DNA of 64,000 nucleotides, from NCBI RefSeq assembly GCF_000026545.1, contig NC_011601.1. One strand, 5' to 3'. The DNA is from Escherichia coli O127:H6 str. E2348/69 (GTDB lineage Bacteria > Pseudomonadota > Gammaproteobacteria > Enterobacterales > Enterobacteriaceae). Positions within the stretch are counted from its first letter, which is position 1. Each line of letters starts with the position of its first letter. Shown piece after piece: positions 54,327-63,879 of the stretch. The notes beneath the pieces are model-generated. The model was not told where the DNA came from. It saw only the letters and a program-made list of their open reading frames with translations, and made no database searches. The translations under genes were made by a program, and so were the position numbers.

Positions 54327-54611
54327 TTAACGCAGACCCAGCTGGAAGATCAGCATTTCAGCTTCGCAGGCAAAAGTGAAATCGATATCCAGGCGCACAC
54401 CGTCAGACTCTTCAGTGAAAGTCGGGGTGATTTTGCACGGTTCGGATTCCACGCTACGGGCTTTTTCAGTCAGCGCCGCCAGCGTTTGTTCTGCTTCTGC
54501 GCGGTTTGCAAACACACGGCTGTAAGACGCGGTGCAGTCGGAGTTGTCCATAATGGTGCCAACATCCATACAGCAGCAAACCGGGGTTTCATCAGCACTA
54601 CATTTACTCAT
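54327..54611 (-). CDS. yfcZ: UPF0381 protein
   Basis: Conserved protein begins MSKCSADETPVCCC; start set at that Met (ORF track extends 24 nt upstream). Confidence 0.85.
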   Translation of the reverse strand: MSKCSADETPVCCCMDVGTIMDNSDCTASYSRVFANRAEAEQTLAALTEKARSVESEPCKITPTFTEESDGVRLDIDFTFACEAEMLIFQLGLR

Positions 54612-54856
54612 CGTTGATTTCCTCTGTATGTGCACCCAAGGTGCCAGATAAACGTTGTGGATATTTTACGCTTCCGGAAAGTGCTGCTCCAGTTGTTAAT
54701 TCTGCAAAATCGGATAAGTGACCGAAATCACACTTAAAAATGATCTAAAACAAAATTCACCCGAATCCATGAGTGCGCCACCTCCCAATTTTGCCAGCTG
54801 GATCGCGTTTCTTAGATCATATCTGAAAAAAGATAGAAACATACTTGCAACATTCC

Positions 54857-54897
54857 AGCTGGTCCGACCTATACTCTCGCCACTGGTCTGATTTCTA
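54857..54897. promoter_or_regulatory. Two candidate FadR operators in the fadL promoter region
   Basis: agCTGGTCCGACCTatact and caCTGGTCTGAtttcta, each resembling the FadR box. Confidence 0.6.
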
Positions 54898-54982
54898 AGA
54901 TGTACCTCAGACCCTACACTTCGCGCTCCTGTTACAGCACGTAACATAGTTTGTATAAAAATAAATCATTGAGGTTATGGTC

Positions 54983-56323
54983 ATGAGCCAGAAAACCCTG
55001 TTTACAAAGTCTGCTCTCGCAGTCGCAGTGGCACTTATCTCCACCCAGGCCTGGTCGGCAGGCTTTCAGTTAAACGAATTTTCTTCCTCTGGCCTGGGCC
55101 GGGCTTATTCAGGGGAAGGTGCAATTGCCGATGATGCAGGTAACGTTAGCCGTAACCCCGCATTGATTACCATGTTTGACCGCCCGACATTTTCTGCGGG
55201 TGCGGTTTATATTGATCCGGATGTAGATATTACCGGACATTCTGATTTAACCGGTCAGAGTGCAAATGCTAAAAATATCGCACCGACAGCATGGGTACCT
55301 AACCTGCACTTTGTTGCGCCTATTAACGATCAGTTTGGTTGGGGAGCGTCAATAACTTCCAACTATGGCCTGGCTACGGAATTTACCGACAACTACGCTG
55401 CTGGTATCTATGGCGGTAAAACCGATCTGCAAACAATCAACCTTAACCTTAGCGGGGCTTATCGCCTTAACAATAGCTGGAGTTTTGGTCTTGGTTTTGA
55501 TGCAGTTTATGCCAAGGCAAAAATTGAGCGTTACGCCGGTTCGCTGGGGCCATTGTTGTCTCAACAGTTGATTGCCAAGGGTGTACCCGCTTCATTAACT
55601 AATGGTATTAATACTCCGGACTCTCAAATTGCTCATCTGAAAGGTGACGAATGGGGCTTTGGCTGGAACGCGGGTATTCTTTATGAACTGGATAAAGATA
55701 ACCGTTGGGGGCTGACATATCGTTCAGAAGTTAAAATCGACTTCGATGGGGATTACAAAAGCTCCATTAACCCAAATCTGAACAATATTTTGGGTAACAT
55801 GGGCTTACCGTATGGCACGATGGGGGCAACCCAAAATGGATCCTTAACGCTGAACCTGCCTGAGATGTGGGAGATTTCTGGTTATAACCGTGTTGCGCCG
55901 CAGTGGGCAATTCACTACAGCATGGCCTATACCAGTTGGAGCCAGTTCCAGGAATTGAAAGCGAAAGGCGATAGTGGTCAGACTCTGTTCTATAAAGATG
56001 AAGGATTCCGGGACGCGTATCGTATCGCGTTGGGTACAACCTACTATTATGATAAAAACTGGACCTTCCGTACCGGTATCGCTTATGACGACAGCCCGGT
56101 TCCGGCAGATAAACGTTCTATTTCCATTCCTGACCAGGATCGTTTGTGGTTAAGTGCTGGGTTAACCTACGCATTTAATGAAGATGCATCCATTGACGTT
56201 GGCGCATCTTATATGCATGGTCAGAAAGTGAAATTCACCGAAGGTGAAGGAGCGGCAGCTTATTCCTTCGAGTCTGAAGGTAAAGCCTGGCTGTTCGGTA
56301 CTAACTTTAACTACGCGTTCTGA
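54983..56323 (+). CDS. fadL: Long-chain fatty acid outer-membrane transporter
   Basis: Signal peptide [25 protein letters not shown] and C-terminal beta-barrel ending in F. Confidence 0.96.
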   Translation: MSQKTLFTKSALAVAVALISTQAWSAGFQLNEFSSSGLGRAYSGEGAIADDAGNVSRNPALITMFDRPTFSAGAVYIDPDVDITGHSDLTGQSANAKNIAPTAWVPNLHFVAPINDQFGWGASITSNYGLATEFTDNYAAGIYGGKTDLQTINLNLSGAYRLNNSWSFGLGFDAVYAKAKIERYAGSLGPLLSQQLIAKGVPASLTNGINTPDSQIAHLKGDEWGFGWNAGILYELDKDNRWGLTYRSEVKIDFDGDYKSSINPNLNNILGNMGLPYGTMGATQNGSLTLNLPEMWEISGYNRVAPQWAIHYSMAYTSWSQFQELKAKGDSGQTLFYKDEGFRDAYRIALGTTYYYDKNWTFRTGIAYDDSPVPADKRSISIPDQDRLWLSAGLTYAFNEDASIDVGASYMHGQKVKFTEGEGAAAYSFESEGKAWLFGTNFNYAF

Positions 56324-56343
56324 TAACGCGTTAGCTTAATAAG

Positions 56344-56376
56344 AAAAAAGGTGAGTTTTGCGACTCACCTTTTTTG
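56344..56376. terminator. Bidirectional terminator between fadL and mlaA
   Basis: aaaaaaggtgagttttgcgactcaccttttttg hairpin with flanking A/T runs. Confidence 0.8.
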
Positions 56377-56384
56377 TTTGTTTC

Positions 56385-57140
56385 TTATTCAGAATCGATA
56401 TCTTTTAAATCATCCTGAATCGCTTGCGCGTTCGGATTTTCCTGCGGTTTGAGTTCACCGCCATTAGCGATGAAATCATGACGCTGGAAGTACGCTTCAC
56501 GCACCATAATATAAGGATCGGACGACTGACGCAGCAGACCGTCGGAATCCAACAACTGCGCACGAGTTTCTATCCCTTCAAGCGTCCATTTACCCACAGA
56601 CATCGGCCAGGTCAGCCAGGAAAGAACCGGGTAAAGACTATCCGCCATATCACCACCGTCATCACGCAGCGTGAAGCTACCGTAGAACGGTAACTGAACG
56701 TACGGCCCATAACCCACACCATAATGACCAAGCGTACTACCGAAGCGGTGAGGTTCAGTCCGTTGCAGTTTCGGGTTTGCCATCCCTGCAACATCAATAA
56801 AGCCGCCCATTCCCAAAATGGTATTCAGGAAAAAGCGGGTAAAGTGGACCATCCCCTGATAAGGGTCGCCCTGCAAGAAGTAGTTAACCATCACCGCAGG
56901 TTCTTCAAGGTTGCCGGTAAAGTTGCTCAAACCGTTACGCGCAGGTTGCGGAACATAATCACGCCAGGCGACAGCGACCGGTCGAACAATATACGGGTCT
57001 AATACATTGAAGTTGAAGTTGTACATAGTGCGGTTAAACCCTTCTAACGGGTCAGAACGCCCTTGCTGATCTGTACCGGAACTCGCACACCCCACCAGAA
57101 GCGTAGTTCCCAGAGCAAGCGCCGACAGGCGAAGCTTCAT
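56385..57140 (-). CDS. mlaA: Outer-membrane lipoprotein of the Mla phospholipid transport system
   Basis: 251-aa ORF with lipoprotein signal (LLVGCASS). Confidence 0.93.
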   Translation of the reverse strand: MKLRLSALALGTTLLVGCASSGTDQQGRSDPLEGFNRTMYNFNFNVLDPYIVRPVAVAWRDYVPQPARNGLSNFTGNLEEPAVMVNYFLQGDPYQGMVHFTRFFLNTILGMGGFIDVAGMANPKLQRTEPHRFGSTLGHYGVGYGPYVQLPFYGSFTLRDDGGDMADSLYPVLSWLTWPMSVGKWTLEGIETRAQLLDSDGLLRQSSDPYIMVREAYFQRHDFIANGGELKPQENPNAQAIQDDLKDIDSE

Positions 57141-57433
57141 AAATGTCTCCCTGTTTTTTTATGGCTTATGCAGTTTGCCATCCATGACGGAACGATACCG
57201 TATCCGCCTGTTTAGGTGTGGGCGATTGTAACAGCACGTCAACTGATGTCCAGACGCCCTGATTTGCTGATTTGATCATAGCCTGGTAATCGCCGCCCTG
57301 TAGGCTACTTGATTCAATAGAAACAGAAAAAGGCAAACGCGGCCTTTTCTACATTTTCAGAGTAACTCCCGCCAGTTGCGAGCAAAAAAGCCGCTACGCT
57401 TTAGCTATACGTGCTAATTCAAGAGAAGAGACC

Positions 57434-58366
57434 ATGGACAACGACAAAATTGATCAACACAGCGACGAAATTGAAGTTGAGAGCGAAGAAAAAGAGCGCG
57501 GTAAAAAAATAGAAATAGATGAAGACCGACTCCCCTCCCGGGCGATGGCAATTCATGAGCATATCCGCCAGGATGGTGAAAAAGAGCTGGAACGCGACGC
57601 AATGGCGCTACTGTGGTCAGCCATTGCGGCGGGCCTGTCGATGGGCGCTTCGCTACTGGCAAAAGGGATATTTCATGTCGAACTGGAAGGCGTGCCGGGC
57701 AGCTTCTTGCTGGAGAATCTCGGTTATACCTTTGGTTTTATTATCGTCATAATGGCCCGCCAGCAATTATTTACCGAAAACACCGTAACTGCGGTACTAC
57801 CCGTCATGCAAAAACCGACAATGAGCAACGTCGGCTTACTTATGCGGTTATGGGGCATCGTGCTGCTGGGTAATATTCTCGGGACAGGTATTGCTGCGTG
57901 GGCATTTGAATATATGCCTATCTTCAATGAAGAAACTCGCGATGCATTTGTCAAAATCGGCATGGATGTGATGAAGAACACCCCCAGCGAGATGTTTGCC
58001 AACGCGATCATTTCCGGCTGGCTGATCGCCACTATGGTATGGATGTTTCCTGCAGCGGGTGCGGCAAAGATTGTGGTGATTATATTGATGACCTGGCTTA
58101 TTGCCCTGGGTGACACCACTCACATCGTTGTCGGTTCTGTTGAAATCCTCTATCTGGTGTTTAACGGTACGCTGCACTGGAGCGATTTCATCTGGCCCTT
58201 CGCACTACCTACTTTAGCGGGGAACATCTGCGGCGGCACCTTTATCTTCGCGTTAATGAGTCATGCACAGATCCGTAACGACATGAGCAACAAGCGCAAA
58301 GCAGAAGCACGCCAAAAAGCAGAACGTGCGGAAAACATTAAGAAAAATGATAAAAACCCGGCATAA
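57434..58366 (+). CDS. yfdC: Formate/nitrite transporter-family inner-membrane protein
   Basis: 310-aa polytopic ORF. Confidence 0.88.
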   Translation: MDNDKIDQHSDEIEVESEEKERGKKIEIDEDRLPSRAMAIHEHIRQDGEKELERDAMALLWSAIAAGLSMGASLLAKGIFHVELEGVPGSFLLENLGYTFGFIIVIMARQQLFTENTVTAVLPVMQKPTMSNVGLLMRLWGIVLLGNILGTGIAAWAFEYMPIFNEETRDAFVKIGMDVMKNTPSEMFANAIISGWLIATMVWMFPAAGAAKIVVIILMTWLIALGDTTHIVVGSVEILYLVFNGTLHWSDFIWPFALPTLAGNICGGTFIFALMSHAQIRNDMSNKRKAEARQKAERAENIKKNDKNPA

Positions 58367-58441
58367 ATGGTGAGGGTTTAAGCAATCGAGCGGCAGCGTA
58401 CTTACCCCGCAGTCCATTAGCGGGTATACTCATGCCGCATT

Positions 58442-58516
58442 GTCCTCTTAGTTAAATGGATATAACGAGCCCCTCCTAAGGGCTAATTGCAGGTTCGATT
58501 CCTGCAGGGGACACCA
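58442..58516 (+). tRNA. argW: tRNA-Arg (anticodon CCU)
   Basis: gtcctcttagttaaatggatataacgagcccctCCTaagggctaattgcaggttcgattcctgcaggggacacca: cloverleaf with CCU anticodon loop, T-arm GGTTCGATTCC, no encoded CCA. Confidence 0.9.
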
Positions 58517-58677
58517 TTTATCAGTTCGCTCCCATCCGTACCAGTCCGCAAAATCCCCTGAATATCAAGCCTTACGTATATTCACGGTTCGTCATGGTTC
58601 GCGTCAGATCGTTGACAGCCGCACTCCATGACGGGTAAAAAGTGGATAAAATAATTTTACCCACCGGATTTTTACCC

Positions 58678-59835
58678 ATGCTCACCGTTAAGCAGATTGA
58701 AGCAGCAAAGCCGAAAGAAAAACCATACCGCCTACTCGATGGTAATGGCCTGTACCTTTATGTCCCTGTATCAGGGAAAAAGGTATGGCAGCTTCGCTAC
58801 AAGATTGACGGTAAGGAGAAAATCCTGACTGTCGGAAAATATCCGCTTATGACTTTGCAGGAAGCAAGGGATAAGGCATGGACTGCGAGGAAAGACATCT
58901 CGGTTGGCATCGATCCGGTAAAGGCGAAAAAGGCTTCGTCTAACAACAATTCATTTAGTGCGATTTACAAGGAATGGTACGAGCACAAGAAGCAAGTCTG
59001 GTCAGTAGGCTATGCAACTGAACTTGCCAAAATGTTTGATGACGACATTTTACCCATCATCGGCGGTCTTGAGATTCAGGATATTGAGCCGATGCAACTG
59101 CTGGAAGTAATCCGCAGATTTGAAGATCGCGGTGCAATGGAGCGAGCCAACAAAGCCCGCAGAAGATGCGGCGAGGTTTTTCGTTACGCTATTGTCACCG
59201 GAAGGGCTAAATATAACCCGGCACCTGACCTTGCAGACGCCATGAAAGGATACCGCAAGAAGAACTTCCCGTTCCTTCCAGCAGACCAGATGCCTGCATT
59301 CAACAAAGCACTGGCAACATTTTCAGGAAGTATCGTATCGCTCATTGCGACAAAAGTTTTACGTTATACAGCCCTAAGAACGAAAGAGCTTCGTTCCATG
59401 CTATGGAAGAACGTCGATTTTGAAAACAGGATTATCACCATCGACGCCAGTGTGATGAAGGGACGCAAAATTCATGTGGTCCCGATGTCAGACCAGGTGG
59501 TTGAACTTCTCACTACGCTAAGCTCAATCACCAAACCAGTCTCAGAGTTTGTTTTTGCCGGGCGCAACGATAAGAAGAAGCCAATCTGCGAGAACGCGGT
59601 ATTGCTTGTGATCAAACAAATCGGCTATGAAGGTCTGGAAAGCGGTCACGGATTCAGGCATGAATTCAGCACGATTATGAACGAGCACGAATGGCCTGCT
59701 GACGCTATTGAAGTGCAACTGGCACATGCCAACGGCGGATCTGTGCGTGGGATTTACAACCATGCTCAGTATCTCGATAAACGCAGAGAAATGATGCAGT
59801 GGTGGGCGGACTGGCTTGATGAAAAGGTAGGGTGA
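58678..59835 (+). mobile_element. intS: P4-family tyrosine integrase (phage integrase)
   Basis: N-terminal arm-binding domain and C-terminal catalytic domain (R...HGFRH...Y), directly downstream of tRNA-Arg; start set at MLTVKQIEAA (ORF track begins 36 nt upstream). Confidence 0.9.
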
Positions 59836-60065
59836 TCGACCTTAACAACTATCGAATAGCACAAAGACTTGCGGGCCAGTGCAAGGCGTTCTGTGTCTCA
59901 GTTTTGTCTAAGTGTTCTACTAAAACATAGTAAAATCGGTAACGGCTGGAAATCATTCAATACTCGCACTATCGAAAGTTCGCCAGCCAGCCGCAGCACG
60001 TTCTTGCATACGACGTGGCTGCGGCTTCCAACATTAGACAAATAACTCTTTAAATTGCTTTTAAA

Positions 60066-60281
60066 TTATTTCGTTTGAATGCCAGTAACAGGAAATCGTT
60101 TATATAGGGTTGATAGCCCAACGTTATAGATACGTGCAACATAACGCCGCGATTTCCCTGCCGCTATGAGCGCTCCCATCTGTTGCCACTGCTCGTCGCT
60201 AAACTTCGGTCTACGCCCACCAATCCGGCCTTTGGATCTGGCAATAGCCAAACCAGCTAAAGTTCCGGGATGACAGGCCAG
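60066..60281 (-). pseudogene. Remnant of a Gin/Pin/Hin-family serine DNA invertase: C-terminal HTH domain only
   Basis: ...GRIGGRRPKFSDEQWQQMGALIAAGKSRRYVARIYNVGLSTLYKRF matches the invertase C-terminus; frame opens only from 60281 and the ORF-track Met is a TTG; no catalytic N-terminal domain. Confidence 0.75.
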
Positions 60282-60625
60282 TTAACATGCTCAGGGTCGG
60301 TTGTTACATCAACAGCCTTAACCTGATTCTTATATAAAAGCCACGCCGAAAGTTTAGCTCTGTTGGCATCGCTGATTTCACCCAGCATCAGCTCTGTGCG
60401 CCAGTCGAGCATAATTGCATCAGCGGCGGACAGTAATCGCTGTCGCTCATTTTCAGCAGCCTGGATGAGTTGTTCATGAGTCGGTGGGGGATTAATAATT
60501 TCCATAGCCTCACTTCTGGTGATTGGCACAAGCCCTTCTTTGATAAAAGCATCCTGTGTGCCATACGCATCGTAGGCATATACGACGTTATTTTCATCTT
60601 TGTAATACTTCATCATTGTTATCAT
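60257..60625 (-). CDS. Phage tail-fibre assembly (chaperone) protein, short form
   Basis: 122-aa ORF with the conserved Tfa C-terminal motif (...[20 protein letters not shown]); directly downstream of the tail-fibre gene. Confidence 0.75.
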   Translation of the reverse strand: MITMMKYYKDENNVVYAYDAYGTQDAFIKEGLVPITRSEAMEIINPPPTHEQLIQAAENERQRLLSAADAIMLDWRTELMLGEISDANRAKLSAWLLYKNQVKAVDVTTDPEHVNWPVIPEL

Positions 60626-61668
60626 TTTTTATCCACCTCTGCCCAGGTAACATCTGACACAGTTCCTGAAAACTGCCGCACGACATAGGTCGCACCGGCA
60701 GGAACCATGAATGCGATAGTTGCTCTGTGCCCTGCAAGATTTGTTGTCTGATTGCCGCGAAAATTAGCCAAATTACCATCCATATTAACGTCGGCGCTCA
60801 GAAATGAACTACCGTCAGACATCACCGCATTGACGCTTACAAATATGGCGAAAGACTGGCTGTTGGTGTATACGACACCGAGATTTCTAGATTTCATTCC
60901 GCATTGACCAAACAACCCTTTCATATCTGAGTAGTTTTGTGATGCAGCAAGTGATGATGCGGCAACACCAGATTCTGTTGATGTTCTGGAATCAGATACG
61001 CGGATAATTCCCTTGTTTGTAGTGGTTGCATCATTAGTCTTGCCTTGCAGAGCTACAATATCCGCATAATTCATCGCTGCCGCTTTTGCTGTTGCAGCAA
61101 GCGTTTCAGATTCGGATACCCTTGATGATGTAAGTTGAACAATTCCTTTCTGTGTCGTAGTTGAATCCTGAGTTTTGTTTTGCAAAGATTTTATGTCCGT
61201 ATAGTTTTGCGCGACAGCATTAGCTGTGGCTGCAATATCCTCTGCACCCGATACCCGCGATGACGTTAACCGGACTAAACCCACCTGTGTTGTTGATGCG
61301 TTTTTAATACCAAGGTTTTCGAGAGCCGTTTGCACAGTGCCATCCGATTTGATATCGCCAAACGGATTCTTGCGGCTCAGGTATTCAACAGCAAACCCCG
61401 ATCCCAGCAATTCAACAAAACCGGGCAGATCACCATTATCAAGCACATCCCGTTGCGTTTTATCACTTACAAACTGGGCCAGAGCTGCAGCAATAAAGCT
61501 GGCCTGCCGAATAACCTTATTGACTTGCGCACTGGATGCTTTCCCTGCTGTAAATCCGGATATAAGCGCAGGCAACGCTTCCCATTCCTCCTGCGACATA
61601 ACATTGGCATTTCGATCAGTTGCAAACGCTTTAAAGTCATTTTTCGCCATCAGAGTAATACTCCCCAT
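60622..61668 (-). CDS. Phage side tail-fibre protein with three tandem fibre repeats
   Basis: 348-aa ORF; three ~43-aa repeats ([16 protein letters not shown]...[15 protein letters not shown]) characteristic of tail-fibre proteins. Confidence 0.85.
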   Translation of the reverse strand: MGSITLMAKNDFKAFATDRNANVMSQEEWEALPALISGFTAGKASSAQVNKVIRQASFIAAALAQFVSDKTQRDVLDNGDLPGFVELLGSGFAVEYLSRKNPFGDIKSDGTVQTALENLGIKNASTTQVGLVRLTSSRVSGAEDIAATANAVAQNYTDIKSLQNKTQDSTTTQKGIVQLTSSRVSESETLAATAKAAAMNYADIVALQGKTNDATTTNKGIIRVSDSRTSTESGVAASSLAASQNYSDMKGLFGQCGMKSRNLGVVYTNSQSFAIFVSVNAVMSDGSSFLSADVNMDGNLANFRGNQTTNLAGHRATIAFMVPAGATYVVRQFSGTVSDVTWAEVDKK

Positions 61669-62330
61669 GCCCCTACATCAAAACCACTGATGAATTCGTT
61701 ATCCATATCAAAACCAAAAAATTTAGAGCCTTCCGATGGAGTTTCCACCGAAGGTGTTTCAATGCCCCCCGCCCATACCCCGGCGGCTTTTACTGTTAGA
61801 TACCCCTGTTTAATTGCCGCAATTAACTCACGCGATACATCTGAAATATCAGTATCAGGAAAGACCCAGACCGATATCGTCATGTCCTGGTTATCGACTA
61901 TCTGCATTCGCAGCCCGGATCCTGCTGTTGCCGCGTCAAGAATTGCCGGAAGCGAATCATTCCGTCCGTCCCAGTTATTAATCGCAATCTTCGCTTTAAG
62001 AATGACACGATAAGTTTCATCGCTGAGATACATGTATCCTGAATCAGGATCGTATGGTCCCTGCCATACCCCCTGATCATATCCAAGCCCGTCGGTATCC
62101 CAGCTGAAATAGACACCTGAGATAGGCTGGCTGACAACACGGCTACGTCCGATCCACAATCCAAGAATGTCAAGTTGCACACCAACCGCAGAGTCAATAT
62201 CAAATGCAGTAATCAGCCCTCTGGTGGCAGCCGCAACATCAATAAGTGGCCGGGTCATCAGATCAACATGCGCAAGAAATTTAGGTTTGGTAGCGTGGTA
62301 GTTCGTGATTAGTTCGGTGTATTTGCTCAT
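61650..62330 (-). CDS. Phage tail/baseplate protein (Mu gp48 / DUF2313-like)
   Basis: 226-aa ORF between the baseplate J-like gene and the tail fibre, as in Mu-like tail modules. Confidence 0.7.
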   Translation of the reverse strand: MSKYTELITNYHATKPKFLAHVDLMTRPLIDVAAATRGLITAFDIDSAVGVQLDILGLWIGRSRVVSQPISGVYFSWDTDGLGYDQGVWQGPYDPDSGYMYLSDETYRVILKAKIAINNWDGRNDSLPAILDAATAGSGLRMQIVDNQDMTISVWVFPDTDISDVSRELIAAIKQGYLTVKAAGVWAGGIETPSVETPSEGSKFFGFDMDNEFISGFDVGAWGVLL

Positions 62331-63526
62331 GACTCCACCGTTATAACGATATTTTCCGGGGTACAGGACGTAGATTCGTTGTATCTGATATCAATGTTTG
62401 ATGACGACAAAGCCCCCGGGGATTTCCCAATCGTCAGTTCCTGAATATCGTAATAGCGTGCATTCCCGCCACTCACCACGCCAAGATTCGCCGGTGAGTA
62501 AATGCGACTTAAAAGGACCGAATCACCAATCATCAGACTATTGATATAGTCGGAAATAGCCTGCTGGATCTGCTGCCCTATCTGTGAGGTATAACCCGTA
62601 AAAACTTTTAATTTAATCCGGGCGTAAACAGGCACATCACTGGAACGCGAGAATTTGATTACATGGGGATTGCCGTATTTATCCGGAACCGTAACGGATG
62701 TTGTACCGTGAGTGGCTGTCCCCTGGCCTTTATTTCCTCTGATAGCCTGAGCAATATCCGTCACATCACCGCCATCCACAATTACAGCAACAGAGTGTGG
62801 CGGTAACCCGTTACCGTCCTCCGAACCAGTATCGTTTTCATAGAGTTTGTGGCGGGTTACACCGGTAACATTAGAAACAGCACCATCCAGTGCTTCAAAT
62901 GGGGTTATTGATGGCAACGCAACACTTTGCGACTGGCGGATACGTAACTCCGCATCAGTTTCTGCTGGAGTGCCTACAGTAGCTGCAGCAGGATTGGTTA
63001 CCGAAACCCAGCCACGGGTTGGCGTATTAATTTCAGTGATAGTTCCAGCCAGCGCCGCCACTGCACCACTGACAGAACATTTTGCGGTCACCATCACTGT
63101 ACCATCCACGCCGACCACCACTGAAGCAGGCAAACGCCATATCACATTATTACTGTCTTTCACGCTGCCATTAATGATGGTTGTTCCGGCAGTTCCTGTA
63201 AGAAGCAAATCAACCGTAGAATTCGTCGCGCCTTTACGTGAAATACCATTTATTTTCACGTTACTGGTCAGTGCAGCCCCATAGCCGGTTGCCGGTGAAA
63301 AACAGTTGTAGACAGTTATCGCCATATTATTGGCATCATGAATCGCCAGCGCCATCAGAGCCACCATCTGGCCGTCTTTGCTGTCCGGTTCGAGGTAGGC
63401 ATCACTGCCATAAATCTGCTGAAAATAGCTAATCAGGGTGCTGAGTATCGTCTGATAATCAGGCGCACTGATCCCCTCCGCGGTTACCTTTGCAGATAAA
63501 CCGAGAGAATCAAGGTTCAGAGCCAT
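62327..63526 (-). CDS. Baseplate J-like protein (Mu gp47-like)
   Basis: 399-aa ORF; size, position and overlapping stop/start junctions typical of baseplate wedge gene J. Confidence 0.7.
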   Translation of the reverse strand: MALNLDSLGLSAKVTAEGISAPDYQTILSTLISYFQQIYGSDAYLEPDSKDGQMVALMALAIHDANNMAITVYNCFSPATGYGAALTSNVKINGISRKGATNSTVDLLLTGTAGTTIINGSVKDSNNVIWRLPASVVVGVDGTVMVTAKCSVSGAVAALAGTITEINTPTRGWVSVTNPAAATVGTPAETDAELRIRQSQSVALPSITPFEALDGAVSNVTGVTRHKLYENDTGSEDGNGLPPHSVAVIVDGGDVTDIAQAIRGNKGQGTATHGTTSVTVPDKYGNPHVIKFSRSSDVPVYARIKLKVFTGYTSQIGQQIQQAISDYINSLMIGDSVLLSRIYSPANLGVVSGGNARYYDIQELTIGKSPGALSSSNIDIRYNESTSCTPENIVITVES

Positions 63527-63879
63527 TACGCCTCCGATGTAACAGTCGTTATTCCATAGAGAGTGTCGATTTCAGCGGAAAACATGACACGTCGGGTCGT
63601 GGTATCCACCGTCGTATTGAAAGAGAGGATTGATTTAACGCCCTGCGTTTCCAGAATGCGTTTTCTGATCGCTAGGTTGTAAGTTTCCGGTTTTTGCCTG
63701 CCCAGCACAGACTGGATCCACGGAGTCCCTTCGGTAGTGTCGAGAAACCATTGCCCATACCACAATTCGAATCGCGTTTTCACAGCCTGCGCCACGGCCT
63801 CAGGCGAGTTAATCAGCCAGGTGTCATCACCGCTGCCAAAGGTGTAATCGCCATCGGCGTCTTCACGTCTGTATCGCAT
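63526..63879 (-). CDS. Phage baseplate protein (Mu gp46 / GPW-like)
   Basis: 117-aa ORF immediately upstream of the J-like gene. Confidence 0.65.
   Translation of the reverse strand: MRYRREDADGDYTFGSGDDTWLINSPEAVAQAVKTRFELWYGQWFLDTTEGTPWIQSVLGRQKPETYNLAIRKRILETQGVKSILSFNTTVDTTTRRVMFSAEIDTLYGITTVTSEA

Noticed and set aside
59980-60030. Imperfect inverted repeat (agccgcagcacg...cgtggctgcggct) between the integrase and the invertase remnant as a terminator
   Set aside because: No adjacent U-tract on either strand, and one mismatch in the stem; it could equally be a recombination scar. Not reported as a feature.
60075-60110. Possible invertase crossover site (gix/hix-like) near ...gccagtaacaggaaatcgtttatatag...
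   Set aside because: Only a partial half-site resemblance (TTCCTGT), and it lies within the invertase remnant's coding sequence rather than at a variable/constant boundary. Not convincing by eye.
60066-60251. Calling the 61-aa invertase-like ORF a functional small HTH regulator
   Set aside because: Its apparent start is a TTG inside a longer frame that is itself closed by a stop at 60282-60284 and overlaps the upstream gene. It is best explained as a gene fragment, though expression of a DNA-binding remnant cannot be excluded without data.
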